Assembly (NCBI GenBank): GCA_965249275.1
Contig: CBDFLQ010000007.1
Coordinates: 992,001 to 1,056,000, forward strand
Direction of reading: 5' to 3'
Origin: Dehalococcoidia bacterium
GTDB lineage: Bacteria; Chloroflexota; Dehalococcoidia; Plut-88900
DNA: 64,000 nucleotides
A program made the position numbers and the translations under genes. Shown here piece after piece: positions 52,406-62,643 of the stretch (its first letter is position 1; each line of letters begins with the position of its first letter). The notes below the pieces were generated by a model. It worked only from the letters and a program-made list of their open reading frames with translations, did not search any database and was not told where the DNA came from.

Positions 52406-53623
52406 TTAGACTATAGCCCCGATACTTTTCAGCGTTTCTATTCGTTCCCAGGAAAAGCCCAATTCCAAAAGCACCTCTTCGGTGTGTTGGCCTACTTCTG
52501 GCGCACAACCCCTCGGGCCGGCCGGACTGTCGCTGAATTTGATAGGGAAATTAAGGGTCTGATACCAACCGTAATTAGGATGCTCCAAACGGGTAAAGTA
52601 TCCATTTGATTTGGCCTGGGGATCATCAATGACTTCCTCAAGGCCTTGGACCGGAGCCCACACGACCCCGTATTTGTCCAAGCGCGGCCCTAATTCCCCC
52701 TCGCTCGTAGAACCGATAGTCTTTTCTATTTCCTTGACCACGGCTCTAGCGGAATGCCTCCGACTTTCCAATGAACGGAATTTTGGATGGGACAAAAGGT
52801 CCGGCCTGCCTAGCGCGGCACAACATTTCTCCCAATTGGCGTCCGTATGGACCATCTGTATTATCAGCCATCTTCCATCCGAGGTGCGGTAAGAGTTTCG
52901 GAGTGGGTTCGGCGCCTGCTCCCGATGGTGTCTTTTGGGCTGCTTACGGGCGACGAGGCTGTCTTGGAGGTCCGATCCCATTGCCCAAAGACCAGAATTA
53001 AACAGGGATACACCGACCTCTTGTCCTCTGCCAGTATGCTCTCTCGACAGAAGAGCTGTGAGAATCCCTGCCAACAGCAATGGTGCCGTCATGTGATCCC
53101 CAGTACCTGGCGGAGGCTGAACTGGTACCTGTCCGGGTTGTCCGAAGCTAGACATCATTCCCGATCTTGCCCAGAAGGCGGTCTGGTCAAAACCAGGCCG
53201 GTTTTGGTCGGGACCCTGATCCCCATAGGCACTGAATGCCAAATACACCAGCCGGGGGTTGTTGGGGCACAAGTCCTGGTATGTCAGTCGATATCTTTTC
53301 AAGCGCTGGGGGAGCAGGTTAGTGATGAAAACGTCGGCCATGCCGGCAGCGGCCGACTGCACTTCAAGGGACTCCTGGTGCTCCAGGTCGAGGGTAATGC
53401 TACGTTTCCCTCGATTAGTTAGCTCAAAAGGGTATTTGGTGGGGAAGTTGTAGTCGAATTCCTTGTCCTTGATGAATGCATAGCGGCCAGGGTCTCCTGC
53501 CAAAGGCTCAACCTTTACAACGTCAGCTCCCAGGTCAGCCATCATTGCTCCGGCCAGAGGGACAGCTAGAAAATTTGCTACTTCTATAACCTTTACGCCG
53601 GCAAGAGGAGCGATGCTAGGCAT
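52406..53623 (-). CDS. CaiB/BaiF family III CoA-transferase
   Basis: ADLGADVVKVEP..GDP.R, NRGKRSITLDL, RPGFD and GQHTEEVL. Confidence 0.92.
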   Translation of the reverse strand: MPSIAPLAGVKVIEVANFLAVPLAGAMMADLGADVVKVEPLAGDPGRYAFIKDKEFDYNFPTKYPFELTNRGKRSITLDLEHQESLEVQSAAAGMADVFITNLLPQRLKRYRLTYQDLCPNNPRLVYLAFSAYGDQGPDQNRPGFDQTAFWARSGMMSSFGQPGQVPVQPPPGTGDHMTAPLLLAGILTALLSREHTGRGQEVGVSLFNSGLWAMGSDLQDSLVARKQPKRHHREQAPNPLRNSYRTSDGRWLIIQMVHTDANWEKCCAALGRPDLLSHPKFRSLESRRHSARAVVKEIEKTIGSTSEGELGPRLDKYGVVWAPVQGLEEVIDDPQAKSNGYFTRLEHPNYGWYQTLNFPIKFSDSPAGPRGCAPEVGQHTEEVLLELGFSWERIETLKSIGAIV

Positions 53624-53841
53624 TATTCAAACTGATTTCTAAAGGGGTATGCAGTCCTGGTCTCGAGGCCGGCGTAAGTATTGGGTGAATGCCATGCCTG
53701 TGTCGTTTCCCAACTCCGATCGGCAAGATTCAATCGAATCGCCCTGAGCCCGGATGTCTTGAAAGGGATATACGGGTGTCCCCTCAAGATCGAAAGTCTC
53801 CTTGAATTTGTTGGGCCCTCCGATCTCAACACTCGTCGGGA

Positions 53842-54999
53842 TTAGGGCAGCTTGTAGAGATCTGTGGCTGTCGTTCCCAATATCGATTTCGCATCGGTGG
53901 CCTTCAAAGGCTTTAGTGTCTCCAGTACCTCCTCCAGGGGATGAGCGTGGCCTTCCCCGTGAGGATAGTCCGAGGCCCACATTAGCTTGTGGCTTCCAAG
54001 TATTCCGACGGTCGCCTCAATCGCAGTCTCCTCCGGCTCCATGGACGCCCAGCAGTTGCTGTCCCAATATTCGCTTGGTTTTCGACTGCTGATGGGGCTG
54101 AAGTCAAGAACGTTGTAGCGAGCGTCCATGTAGTCCAGCCAATGGGGAATCCAGGTGCATCCCGTCTCGAGCAGCACAATCTTTAGCTTCGGGAAACGAT
54201 CAAATACTCCACCACAAAAAAGGGAGGTAAAGGCAATTTGGACGTCCCCGAAAAACGCAATGCCCGTATACCACTGCCGTCCTCTGTTTAGTTGGGGCAT
54301 CAGCCAGCTGCCAACATGATTAGGATTCATAATGACGTGGATGCCCACGGGGATTTCCATCTCTTGAGCTGCGGCCCAGAAAGGATCGTAGTAGTCCTCA
54401 CCGTAGGGAATTCCGGTAGCGGGAGCGGCACTGAGAAATACGCCCCGTGCCCCTAGTTTTGCGCATCGCTCGAGTTCGCCAACGGCGTTTCCGATATCCA
54501 GAAGAGATACGTGGGCGTTGGGAATTAGCCTGTCGGGATAGGGCTCACAAAATCCCAGGAGCCAATCGTTGTACACCCTACAATAGGCGGTAGCCAGATC
54601 TAGATCGTCACACTCCCCCTCCCAACCCAGACCCAAAGAGGGATAAAGAATAGATGTGTCGATTCGCTCCTCGTCCATCCGCTGAATTCTAGCGTGAGGA
54701 TCCCTCGCCGCGTACACCAGGGCAGCAGCCTCTTCGTAGGCCACCTTGCCCGGGGTGAACACGTCCTCATGATCGAGGTCAGAGCCAGCCTGGTTCGCCA
54801 GAATCCCCCCTCTTTTCGTCAGGGACTTCTTCCCGTCTATCTCCAGATACTCGAGCCCATGCTCATCTTCCTTGATCCGCAAAGCTCTTTCCCTGTACCT
54901 AAGCGGCAGATCCTTCTCCCACAGGTCCGCAGGTTCAAGGATGTGGCTGTCCGAATCAACATTTATTGTTCTTTTGGCGTCAGTTACCACTTCTAGCAC
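53842..54999 (-). CDS. amidohydrolase family protein
   Basis: DSDSHILEP and LMWASDYPH. Confidence 0.9.
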   Translation of the reverse strand: MLEVVTDAKRTINVDSDSHILEPADLWEKDLPLRYRERALRIKEDEHGLEYLEIDGKKSLTKRGGILANQAGSDLDHEDVFTPGKVAYEEAAALVYAARDPHARIQRMDEERIDTSILYPSLGLGWEGECDDLDLATAYCRVYNDWLLGFCEPYPDRLIPNAHVSLLDIGNAVGELERCAKLGARGVFLSAAPATGIPYGEDYYDPFWAAAQEMEIPVGIHVIMNPNHVGSWLMPQLNRGRQWYTGIAFFGDVQIAFTSLFCGGVFDRFPKLKIVLLETGCTWIPHWLDYMDARYNVLDFSPISSRKPSEYWDSNCWASMEPEETAIEATVGILGSHKLMWASDYPHGEGHAHPLEEVLETLKPLKATDAKSILGTTATDLYKLP

Positions 55000-55099
55000 C
55001 GCCTATCTAGATCTCTTTGGGCCTTTTCTCCACTTAGCCGCTTGGGGCAAAGACGTCGCCATTTCAACGGCGTCCTTGTCCTCTAGGGATTTCGGAATT

Positions 55100-55975
55100 T
55101 CACCCTTTCCTTGCTAGTTTGGACCTTGGCCCACCGGGTTCCGGCTGGAAGGGACTATCCCGCGCATCCAGAAAGGCCTTAAGCCCACCATCGGCCTGGG
55201 CTTCCAGTAATCGCTCTCGGTCGGGACCGTGGGAGCAATGCGCTAAATTGGCAAGGAGGGCATTAACCTTCATGGCAGCACCGAGGCCCATAGCATTCAG
55301 GCCCATCCAAGTCACCTGCTTGTTGATGCGGACCGATGCCTCCGGGACTTTGGCGATGCGCGCTGCCAGGGCCCAGGTTTCTTCTTCGAGTTTGTCCTTG
55401 GGCACTACCTTGTTGACTAACCCGATGCGGTAAGCCTCCTCGACGCCCATGTGATCTCCTGTCAAAGACCACCTATGGGCACGCTTCCAGTTCGTTAGTG
55501 CTGCCAGTAGGAATGCGGTATCGGAGATGTGTCGTACTTCGGGCTGACCGAAGACGGAATCGTCGGATGCAATGGTCATGTCGCATGCCAAGCTGTACCA
55601 GAAGCCGCCTCCAAGACAGTATCCGTGTACTGAGGCAATGATGGGTACGCCCAGGCTCCACATGTGCATGAGTTCGTTGCGGCTCCGATTATCACGTCGC
55701 CACCACAACCGCAGATACTGCCCGATCTCCAGGCCAGTCGGGTCCAGGGCGGACCGGCCAGTGTCGCGAGGCCGAATATCATAGCCGGCGGAGAAGGCCC
55801 GCCCGACCCCCGCCAGAATAACCGCCCTGACTTCCGGATCTCGATCGGCAGTGTCAAATGCTAGACGAAGCTCCCCAATTACCTCGTCGCTTATGGCATT
55901 AAGGACTTCTGGCCGATTCAAGGTGACCTTTGCAACTCGGTCCCGTTTCTCGTATAGAATCGTTTGAAAATGCAC
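55100..55975 (-). CDS. enoyl-CoA hydratase/isomerase family protein
   Basis: TLNRPEVLNAI, AFSAGYDI, GYCLGGG and FGQPEVR. Confidence 0.92.
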   Translation of the reverse strand: MHFQTILYEKRDRVAKVTLNRPEVLNAISDEVIGELRLAFDTADRDPEVRAVILAGVGRAFSAGYDIRPRDTGRSALDPTGLEIGQYLRLWWRRDNRSRNELMHMWSLGVPIIASVHGYCLGGGFWYSLACDMTIASDDSVFGQPEVRHISDTAFLLAALTNWKRAHRWSLTGDHMGVEEAYRIGLVNKVVPKDKLEEETWALAARIAKVPEASVRINKQVTWMGLNAMGLGAAMKVNALLANLAHCSHGPDRERLLEAQADGGLKAFLDARDSPFQPEPGGPRSKLARKG

Positions 55976-56067
55976 GAATCTTCCTCAATAAAGAGAGCTA
56001 GTGATCATCTCACTGCTGGCAGATTAGGTAGCTATCCCGAAGTTTGCGTCTCGAAAATAATCGAAGC

Positions 56068-56972
56068 TTAACGGTTTGCCACCACCTCATCATAAGTGGC
56101 GTCTGGCCGGATCAGGTCCCACTGTAGCATCCACTCGTGTTCCTTCTCGAACTCCTCTTTCGAAAAGGGCTCCGGGTCTACGTATCGGAACCGGGGTAAG
56201 TGGAAATCAGTTGGTGTGAGTTGGCGCGCATATTTTTCTGGGATCTCTTCGATTAGATAATGGAAGTATTTCCTGGGGTCTTGGTTGATCAACTTGACTG
56301 CCTTACGAATAGCCCTCTGCGCTGCGTCCCAAATATCTGTATCCAAGTCTCTTGGAGCGTTTTTTACACCTAAATAATGAGTTTCAATTAGGCGCTTGTA
56401 CCCATTCTTTTCGGCCAGGGTGATCCATGGTTCCATTAACGTAACGGCGTCTACTTCTCTGTTAACCAAAGCCTCATATCGTTCCGCTACCGTCCCCATG
56501 TGCACTACTTTGATCTGGTCTCTCCTAAGGCAGCCTTCTAGCATCTGTAATGTGCAGTAGTGAGATCCTTGATGGAACTGTACGCCAACAGTCTTATCCG
56601 CCAGCTGAGTAGGACCGTTGACAGAGGAATCCGGAGGCACAAAAATCCCTTGACAAACTACTGCTGCCCGTTTGCTGACTATAGGACCCCTGGGGTCTCA
56701 GACGCTCTTCTAATTTGCCCCCACTGACATGCCCTATAGATGTCAACTTGACGAGTCTCGAACAGGTCTTGATAGTTAGTCGACTTTACTAGTGTGTGGT
56801 CAAATATGGGCGGGTCACCCTCACTGAACCTGGTTGATCGGTTTCTGGGTAGAAGGATCTCGATCTCCAACCCTTCTTCTGCGGCGGTATAGTCTCTCGT
56901 TACGAACCAATGAAGCCCTAAGACAGCCTCGGCACTTTCTACGCGAATCTTGGTCTTGTTGCTGGTTGTCAT
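56068..56972 (-). pseudogene. ABC substrate-binding protein (NMT1/SsuA-like), frameshifted
   Basis: ORF 56679..57017 joins 56068..56640 through a frameshift near 56690 (...RRASET / RGPIVSKRAAVVCQGIFVPPDS...). Confidence 0.7.
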
Positions 56973-57329
56973 TTCACCCTCCGTCCAATCCTGGCCCCTC
57001 ATCAACGTACCAATCATAACCAGAGGTCAATGCAGCGTAAGTGGCTGGTAGGTACTTTCTGCCAGCTAAGTCTAGAGTCTATAGCTTGGAAGTGATCATT
57101 GCCAGCCCTACTCCCTGGAAGTCCGAATTATGGGCCCTAGAAACTGCGTGTCACGCGTGCGGGGCAGGTAAGCTTCAGCTCGTCGCTATCCTTGCTGAGG
57201 CAGGCAAGATACTTACAGACCTGAGTCTCCGGGTTCACGCTTGAAGACGCCAGGATTCCCCGTGGGACACCTAGCCTCACTTTGCGTTCCCGCAACTCCG
57301 CTTGAATGCGCCGAAGCACGTTCGCCAGG

Positions 57330-57737
57330 TCGGGAAACACCCAGAGGATATGCAGCGTATACGAGAACACGTTGGCTTGTTCGAGAAGACGAGAGCGTGC
57401 CCAGCAAAGAAATCCTGGTGCAGACGCCTGACGTAACCCACGCGCTGGTGCACACTCGTCTGACATCCGGCGCCAAGAGGCTTTACCTCGCTCCCACGAC
57501 CATGGTCAGGATCGAAGGGATGGACGAGGCGAACGCCGGGCGTTGCTCTACAAACTGACCGAACACGCAACCCGGCCCGAATTCGTTTACCGCCACGACT
57601 GGCGGCCGGGCGACCTGATAATGTGGGACAACGGCTTCCTGCTCCTTCGCCGGGAGGTCTTCCGCACCGATCAGGACCGCTTGCCCAGGCGCACGACTAA
57701 CCGGCGTGCGCCGGACCGACACATCATCCCGGGCTGA
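57330..57737 (+). pseudogene. TauD/TfdA dioxygenase C-terminal remnant
   Basis: PDVTHALVHT...GAKRLYL, frameshift, then YRHDWRPGDLIMWDN. Confidence 0.7.
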
Positions 57738-58071
57738 GGGCACAAAGAAGCACACAGACACGCAAGCCGCCAAAATAAAGATTGCCTTATAGGCTGCACA
57801 TATCGCCACCGCATCAATGCCACCGGCCCACTTCCGCCACTTCATCCCCATGACCTGCCACAGCCTCACCTCATCAACACTCAACTGCCCTGATTCTACC
57901 GGCTCTTAAACTAAGGCTGTAGTACTAGTGATGCAGCCGCACTAACACCGATTTGGCTCTTTCGGTCTCAAATTCGGCATAGTTTCGTTAGTATTTGAGA
58001 CGTTGGTCCTGGCCGGACGTTGCGATTTCAGGACCATCCAACACCACAAGCGACCACCCGGGGCTCTAGTG

Positions 58072-58986
58072 TTACGCTGAGAGTGCTGCGGAGACGCCCT
58101 CTATTTTCCCCGGCCCCGATGTAGTGAGCTCACCGACCGCTTTGACTATGTTCGGGTGCTGCAATCCAGACACGAGGAAGGTCCACCGGCACGCCCGCTG
58201 CGTATTCGTAGTGATCTCCTCCTTCTCGGCAGCCGTGAACGTCCGTCCGGTCACCCTCTCAAGAGCTTCTATGTTCAGCCCAATCTGCTGTGCCAGCAGC
58301 CCGTCGATCGCCCCACCAAGCTCCAGAACCTCATCGATTGCACTCTCCCGCTCTTCAAGGGTCAGGAGCTCGGCTACTTCGCCGATCAGCAACGTGTCCA
58401 GCTTGGCGTGCTGCGCCTCTTCTATCCAATGAAACCTCAAGAGATCCCGGAACAGCCCATCGAGGTCCGAGTCGTCGCGCACATGCTCTATGTAGTGGAG
58501 CTGGGTGAACCATTCGATAATCGCGGTCAGGAGCATGACGGCCAGCTTCGACTTGCTCCGAACTACTTTCGCCACGTCTTCCCGGCCAGGGATTAAGCCG
58601 CACTCACTGCCGAAACCCCGGCCGAAGAGTTCAACCGATCTCCGAAACAGCTCCTGATGCTTGAGTTCTTCCTCAGCGAACCGCAACAACGAGCGGGCTT
58701 TGACTTCATCCCCATAGACATCATTCATAGCCTCTTCCATGACGGCGGGGATGATGAACTCCTCCACGAACGCGAAGATGTGGCAGTAGGCGTTGCCCAT
58801 AATCTGATTCAGCTGAAGCCTCTCGTTGTCGTTCAAACATCCGATCTCGTCTACACCGGTCAGCCTGTTGGGCAGAAAGCGTTTCGAGAAGTCGAAATTC
58901 TTGTCGGCCAGGACATCGTCTTCCAACCAGGAGACCCTCTTTGAGATGTCCAGACACTCTTGGTACGTGTAGTTGTGTGAAAGCAC
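58072..58986 (-). CDS. ferritin-like diiron oxygenase (AurF-like)
   Basis: FVEE, EELKH, IEW and EEAQH (two ExxH motifs); RBS GGAGGAG. Confidence 0.75.
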   Translation of the reverse strand: MLSHNYTYQECLDISKRVSWLEDDVLADKNFDFSKRFLPNRLTGVDEIGCLNDNERLQLNQIMGNAYCHIFAFVEEFIIPAVMEEAMNDVYGDEVKARSLLRFAEEELKHQELFRRSVELFGRGFGSECGLIPGREDVAKVVRSKSKLAVMLLTAIIEWFTQLHYIEHVRDDSDLDGLFRDLLRFHWIEEAQHAKLDTLLIGEVAELLTLEERESAIDEVLELGGAIDGLLAQQIGLNIEALERVTGRTFTAAEKEEITTNTQRACRWTFLVSGLQHPNIVKAVGELTTSGPGKIEGVSAALSA

Positions 58987-59113
58987 GGGCTACTCCTCCT
59001 TGTACTAGGCCTTTTGCTAGGATCCTCCATTCTCGGCTGACCGAATCCCACACCAACCCATTATATAGGTGACGGCCATAGGTCTTTAACTCACGAATGC
59101 GGGCAAACTTTCT

Positions 59114-59285
59114 AAAAGGCTCGCAGATCCATCCGGGAGCGGTCTGAACTGGGTGATCGATGGGCACATCCCGTCGCCCGAGGTGACAAAATCACCGAAG
59201 TAGATTCAACTCCAGAGGGCAGCTTGGGCCACCAAACCGGACAAAATCAAGAACTTTCACTTTGGTATTCGTCCTGGCCTTGTAA
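59114..59285 (+). repeat. att-like sites (long-arm type)
   Basis: GG(59226)-N22-AGAACTTT; flank homologous to 41193-41249; weaker site centred near 59141. Confidence 0.6.
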
Positions 59286-59409
59286 ACTGGTGCTGGACAT
59301 ACATGGTCAGGTGAAAGCCTACCGTTGACTGGCGGGTTGCCTCAGATGCCGCCGCAGGACAGCGGGGGGGTTCGGTTTGGGAGGCTCCGGCCAATCAGCG
59401 TCCCAAAGG

Positions 59410-59870
59410 TCACGGCTCCTCCCGTTCCTGCGTCTCGCCCTTGGCCATGCGATAGTCCACCCAGGACTCGTTGAAAGTGTAGTCAGGGCTGTAGGCGTGG
59501 TCTCTCGGCCTGCCGCTGAGACGTCCCACGTAGGCGCGTACCACCTGTGGATCGCCCGGCTGTCTCTGCGCTAAGATCCGTCGCAGTAGCTGATCGTTGG
59601 TCAATGCTCGTTCGGCGTGAACCGAAAGCTCGAAGAGAAGCTTATATTCGGTCGGGATCAGCGTCACCGAGCGGCCCGCTCCAGTCACTAGACGTTTCCA
59701 TAATTGATGGTCAGGTCCCTCAGCACATAGGGTTCGAGAGGCACATTCCATGCGACCCCCCGCCTGTGCAGGGACGCCTTGACTCTCGGCTACTAGTTCT
59801 GTGGAGGAAAAGGGCTTCATGATGTAGTCGTCGGCCCCCTTTTCGAAGGCCCGAGCGATTTTCTGGTTCC
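59410..59870 (-). pseudogene. OmpR/KdpE-type response regulator remnant
   Basis: GADDYIMKPFS..EL, then L.PTEYKLLFELS...LT.DQLL; degraded. Confidence 0.7.
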
Positions 59871-60144
59871 CGTCCCGGAACGAAGGAAGCCCGCCGACGC
59901 ATTGGTGATCCGCGCGATGCGCTTCATCGGTCGAACCCGTCGATTCGCGACTGCATCATTTCCAGAAGGTTGAGGTGGGGCTTCTCCACCTTGGTGAGGG
60001 AATTCACCTCCTGCTTCACGAGTAGACCCCAAACCTTGATTGCCCATTCCCTCCCCCCGCTTGCCGATTCCACCCCCTTCACTGTTAAACTTGTTATCAT
60101 CGGCGTCCCACCCCACCCGAGTCCCCAGCCGCGAATAACAAGCT

Positions 60145-61140
60145 ATGCCACCGCTCCTACAGGTCAAAAACCTTAAGACCTACTTCTACACCGAGGACGG
60201 TGTGGTCAAGGCCGTCGACGGCATCTCCTACTCTCTCCGAGCCGGGGAAACAATGGGCCTTGTCGGCGAGAGCGGGTGCGGCAAGACCGTCAGCGCTCTC
60301 TCCCTGATGCGCCTCATACCCTCACCCCCGGGCGAGATCGTCGAAGGTGAGGTCCTTCTCGACGGCCAAGACCTGCTCAAGCTCAGCAACGACCAGATGA
60401 GACGCCGACGCGGCAAGGACATTGCCATTATCTTCCAGGAGCCCATGACCTCCCTCAACCCCGTACTCACCATTGGCCGTCAGCTAACCGAGGCCCTAGA
60501 AATGCACCTCGGCCTCTCCGGAAGAGCCGCCAACACCCGCGCCGGCGAGCTCCTCGAAGAAGTCGGTATAGCCGACCCCGGACGTAGGCTCGACAACTAC
60601 CCTCACCACATGAGCGGTGGCATGAGGCAACGCGTCATGGTCGCCATGGCCCTCAGCTGCGAGCCTAAAGTGCTCCTTGCCGACGAGCCCACCACAGCCG
60701 TCGACGTCACCATCCAGGCCCAGCTCCTCGAGCTCATCAGCCGGCTCTCCAAGGAGCGCGGCACCGCGGTTGTCATCATCACGCACAATCTCGGCGTCGT
60801 GGCCCGTTACGCCGATTCCGTCAACGTCATGTACGCCGGCAGAATCGTCGAAAGTTCTTCCGCTCACAACGTCTACGGGACTCCCCGCCACCCCTATACC
60901 CTCGGCCTCCTCGCCTCCGTCCCCCGCCTCGACGAGTCCATCAGGGAACAACTCGTTCCCATCGAGGGCGCACCCCCCGACCTCGCCCACCGACCTGCGG
61001 GATGCTCATTCCGACCCCGGTGTGCCTTTGCCATCGACGCTTGCTCTCACACTGACCCGCTCCTGGAACTAAAGCGGCCCGGACACTCCGCAGCATGCCT
61101 CGTAGACGTCACCCGTCGCACCCCGGAGCCCGTCTCATGA
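60145..61140 (+). CDS. oppD: oligopeptide/dipeptide ABC transporter ATP-binding protein
   Basis: [25 protein letters not shown] and a C-terminal Cys motif. Confidence 0.88.
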   Translation: MPPLLQVKNLKTYFYTEDGVVKAVDGISYSLRAGETMGLVGESGCGKTVSALSLMRLIPSPPGEIVEGEVLLDGQDLLKLSNDQMRRRRGKDIAIIFQEPMTSLNPVLTIGRQLTEALEMHLGLSGRAANTRAGELLEEVGIADPGRRLDNYPHHMSGGMRQRVMVAMALSCEPKVLLADEPTTAVDVTIQAQLLELISRLSKERGTAVVIITHNLGVVARYADSVNVMYAGRIVESSSAHNVYGTPRHPYTLGLLASVPRLDESIREQLVPIEGAPPDLAHRPAGCSFRPRCAFAIDACSHTDPLLELKRPGHSAACLVDVTRRTPEPVS

Positions 61141-62123
61141 TGATACCCGACCCCTACGTCCTCCTCGACGTCCGTGGCCTGCAGATGCACTTTCCCGTAA
61201 GCAAGGGCGTCATATTCCAGTCCAGGGTGGGCGAAATCAAGGCAGTCGACGGCGTATCCTTCCAGATCATGCGCGGCGAGACTCTCGGCCTCGTCGGCGA
61301 AAGCGGTTGCGGCAAGACCACAATCGGCAGGTGCATTCTCCAGCTCCTCAAGCCCACCGGCGGTGAAGTCCGCTTCCGGGGCGAGGACCTTACCCAGCTC
61401 TCCGGCAAGGAAATGCGTCCCCTCAGGAAAGAGCTTCAGGTCATCTTCCAGGACCCTTACGGCTCACTAAATCCCCGCATGACCGTCGGCGCCATAGTCG
61501 AAGAGCCTCTCATCATCCACAAGATTGGCGACCGCAACGAGCGAAAGAACAGGGTGCAGGAGCTGTTCGAGGTTGTGGGCCTCAATCCCAACATGATGGA
61601 CCGCTACCCCTACGAGTTCAGCGGAGGCCAGCGCCAGAGGATCGGCATCGCACGAGCCCTTGCCGTTAACCCGACCTTCATCGTCTGCGACGAGCCCGTT
61701 TCCGCCCTCGACGTTTCCATCCAGGCCCAGGTCATCAACCTGCTCCGCTCTCTCCAGGAACGCTTCGACCTCACCTATCTCTTCATCGCCCACGACCTGT
61801 CCGTCGTGAGGCACATCTCGGACCGGGTCGCGGTCATGTACCTGGGCAAGATCGTCGAGATTACCGGCAGGGACGAACTCTACCGAGACCCAAAACACCC
61901 CTACACCCGAGCACTTCTATCTGCCGTCCCCATCCCCGACCCCGTAGTCGAGGCCTCCCGCGAGCGCATTATCCTCACCGGCGACGTCCCCAGCCCCATC
62001 GACCCTCCAAAGGGCTGCTCCTTCCATCCCCGCTGCCCCTTCGCCATGGACGTCTGCCGGGAAATCACCCCCGTCCTAAAGAAGACCACCCAGGGCCACT
62101 CCGTCGCCTGCCACCTCTACTAG
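61137..62123 (+). CDS. oppF: oligopeptide/dipeptide ABC transporter ATP-binding protein
   Basis: [24 protein letters not shown] and [14 protein letters not shown]; ATGA overlap with oppD. Confidence 0.88.
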   Translation: MMIPDPYVLLDVRGLQMHFPVSKGVIFQSRVGEIKAVDGVSFQIMRGETLGLVGESGCGKTTIGRCILQLLKPTGGEVRFRGEDLTQLSGKEMRPLRKELQVIFQDPYGSLNPRMTVGAIVEEPLIIHKIGDRNERKNRVQELFEVVGLNPNMMDRYPYEFSGGQRQRIGIARALAVNPTFIVCDEPVSALDVSIQAQVINLLRSLQERFDLTYLFIAHDLSVVRHISDRVAVMYLGKIVEITGRDELYRDPKHPYTRALLSAVPIPDPVVEASRERIILTGDVPSPIDPPKGCSFHPRCPFAMDVCREITPVLKKTTQGHSVACHLY

Positions 62124-62474
62124 CCATAGGCAGCCGGGACGATTCCCATTGGTACTACCCGTAGGAGTTCCACTAATTTCAATCCTTGCCCAAAGGTTGG
62201 GAACCGTAGTGCAATTATATGGTCCAACCCCATGCCTGCATGCTGCCGTTGATAACGTCTTATCAACCAAAGAGGATCAGCTATGCTGACGTCACCTGGC
62301 GTTGAGACTACGTACGAGCCCAAGAGAGTGCTGGTCCGATTGGACGAGCGCATACATGTGATATGCCAATGTTGGATGCCCCACTTCTGTACCGTGTTGT
62401 ATTCCAAATTCCCGTTAGCCGGAGTGAATCTATTTCCCTAAACGGCTATGAGCCGCGGGGAGTCGATACAACTC

Positions 62475-62503
62475 TTGACACTAGCTATTGAGCCGCGTAT
62501 CCT
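62475..62503 (+). promoter_or_regulatory. putative sigma70 promoter
   Basis: TTGACA-17 nt-TATCCT upstream of the 62644 gene. Confidence 0.45.
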
Positions 62504-62643
62504 TGACCCTCTTTGGCCATGGGCGTACTGTTACCCTCAATGAACTTAAACCTAAGTTGTAATGTCGGAAATGGCTTTTAATCAGTCTTCCTGCATTTCA
62601 TTGAGGTTCAACTGTGAGGTTATCGTTTACGAGGAGGCTGAGT

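Noticed and set aside
62190-62240. Possible att-like site after oppF
   Set aside because: Arm-to-GG offset is 25 nt rather than 21 and there is no right arm.
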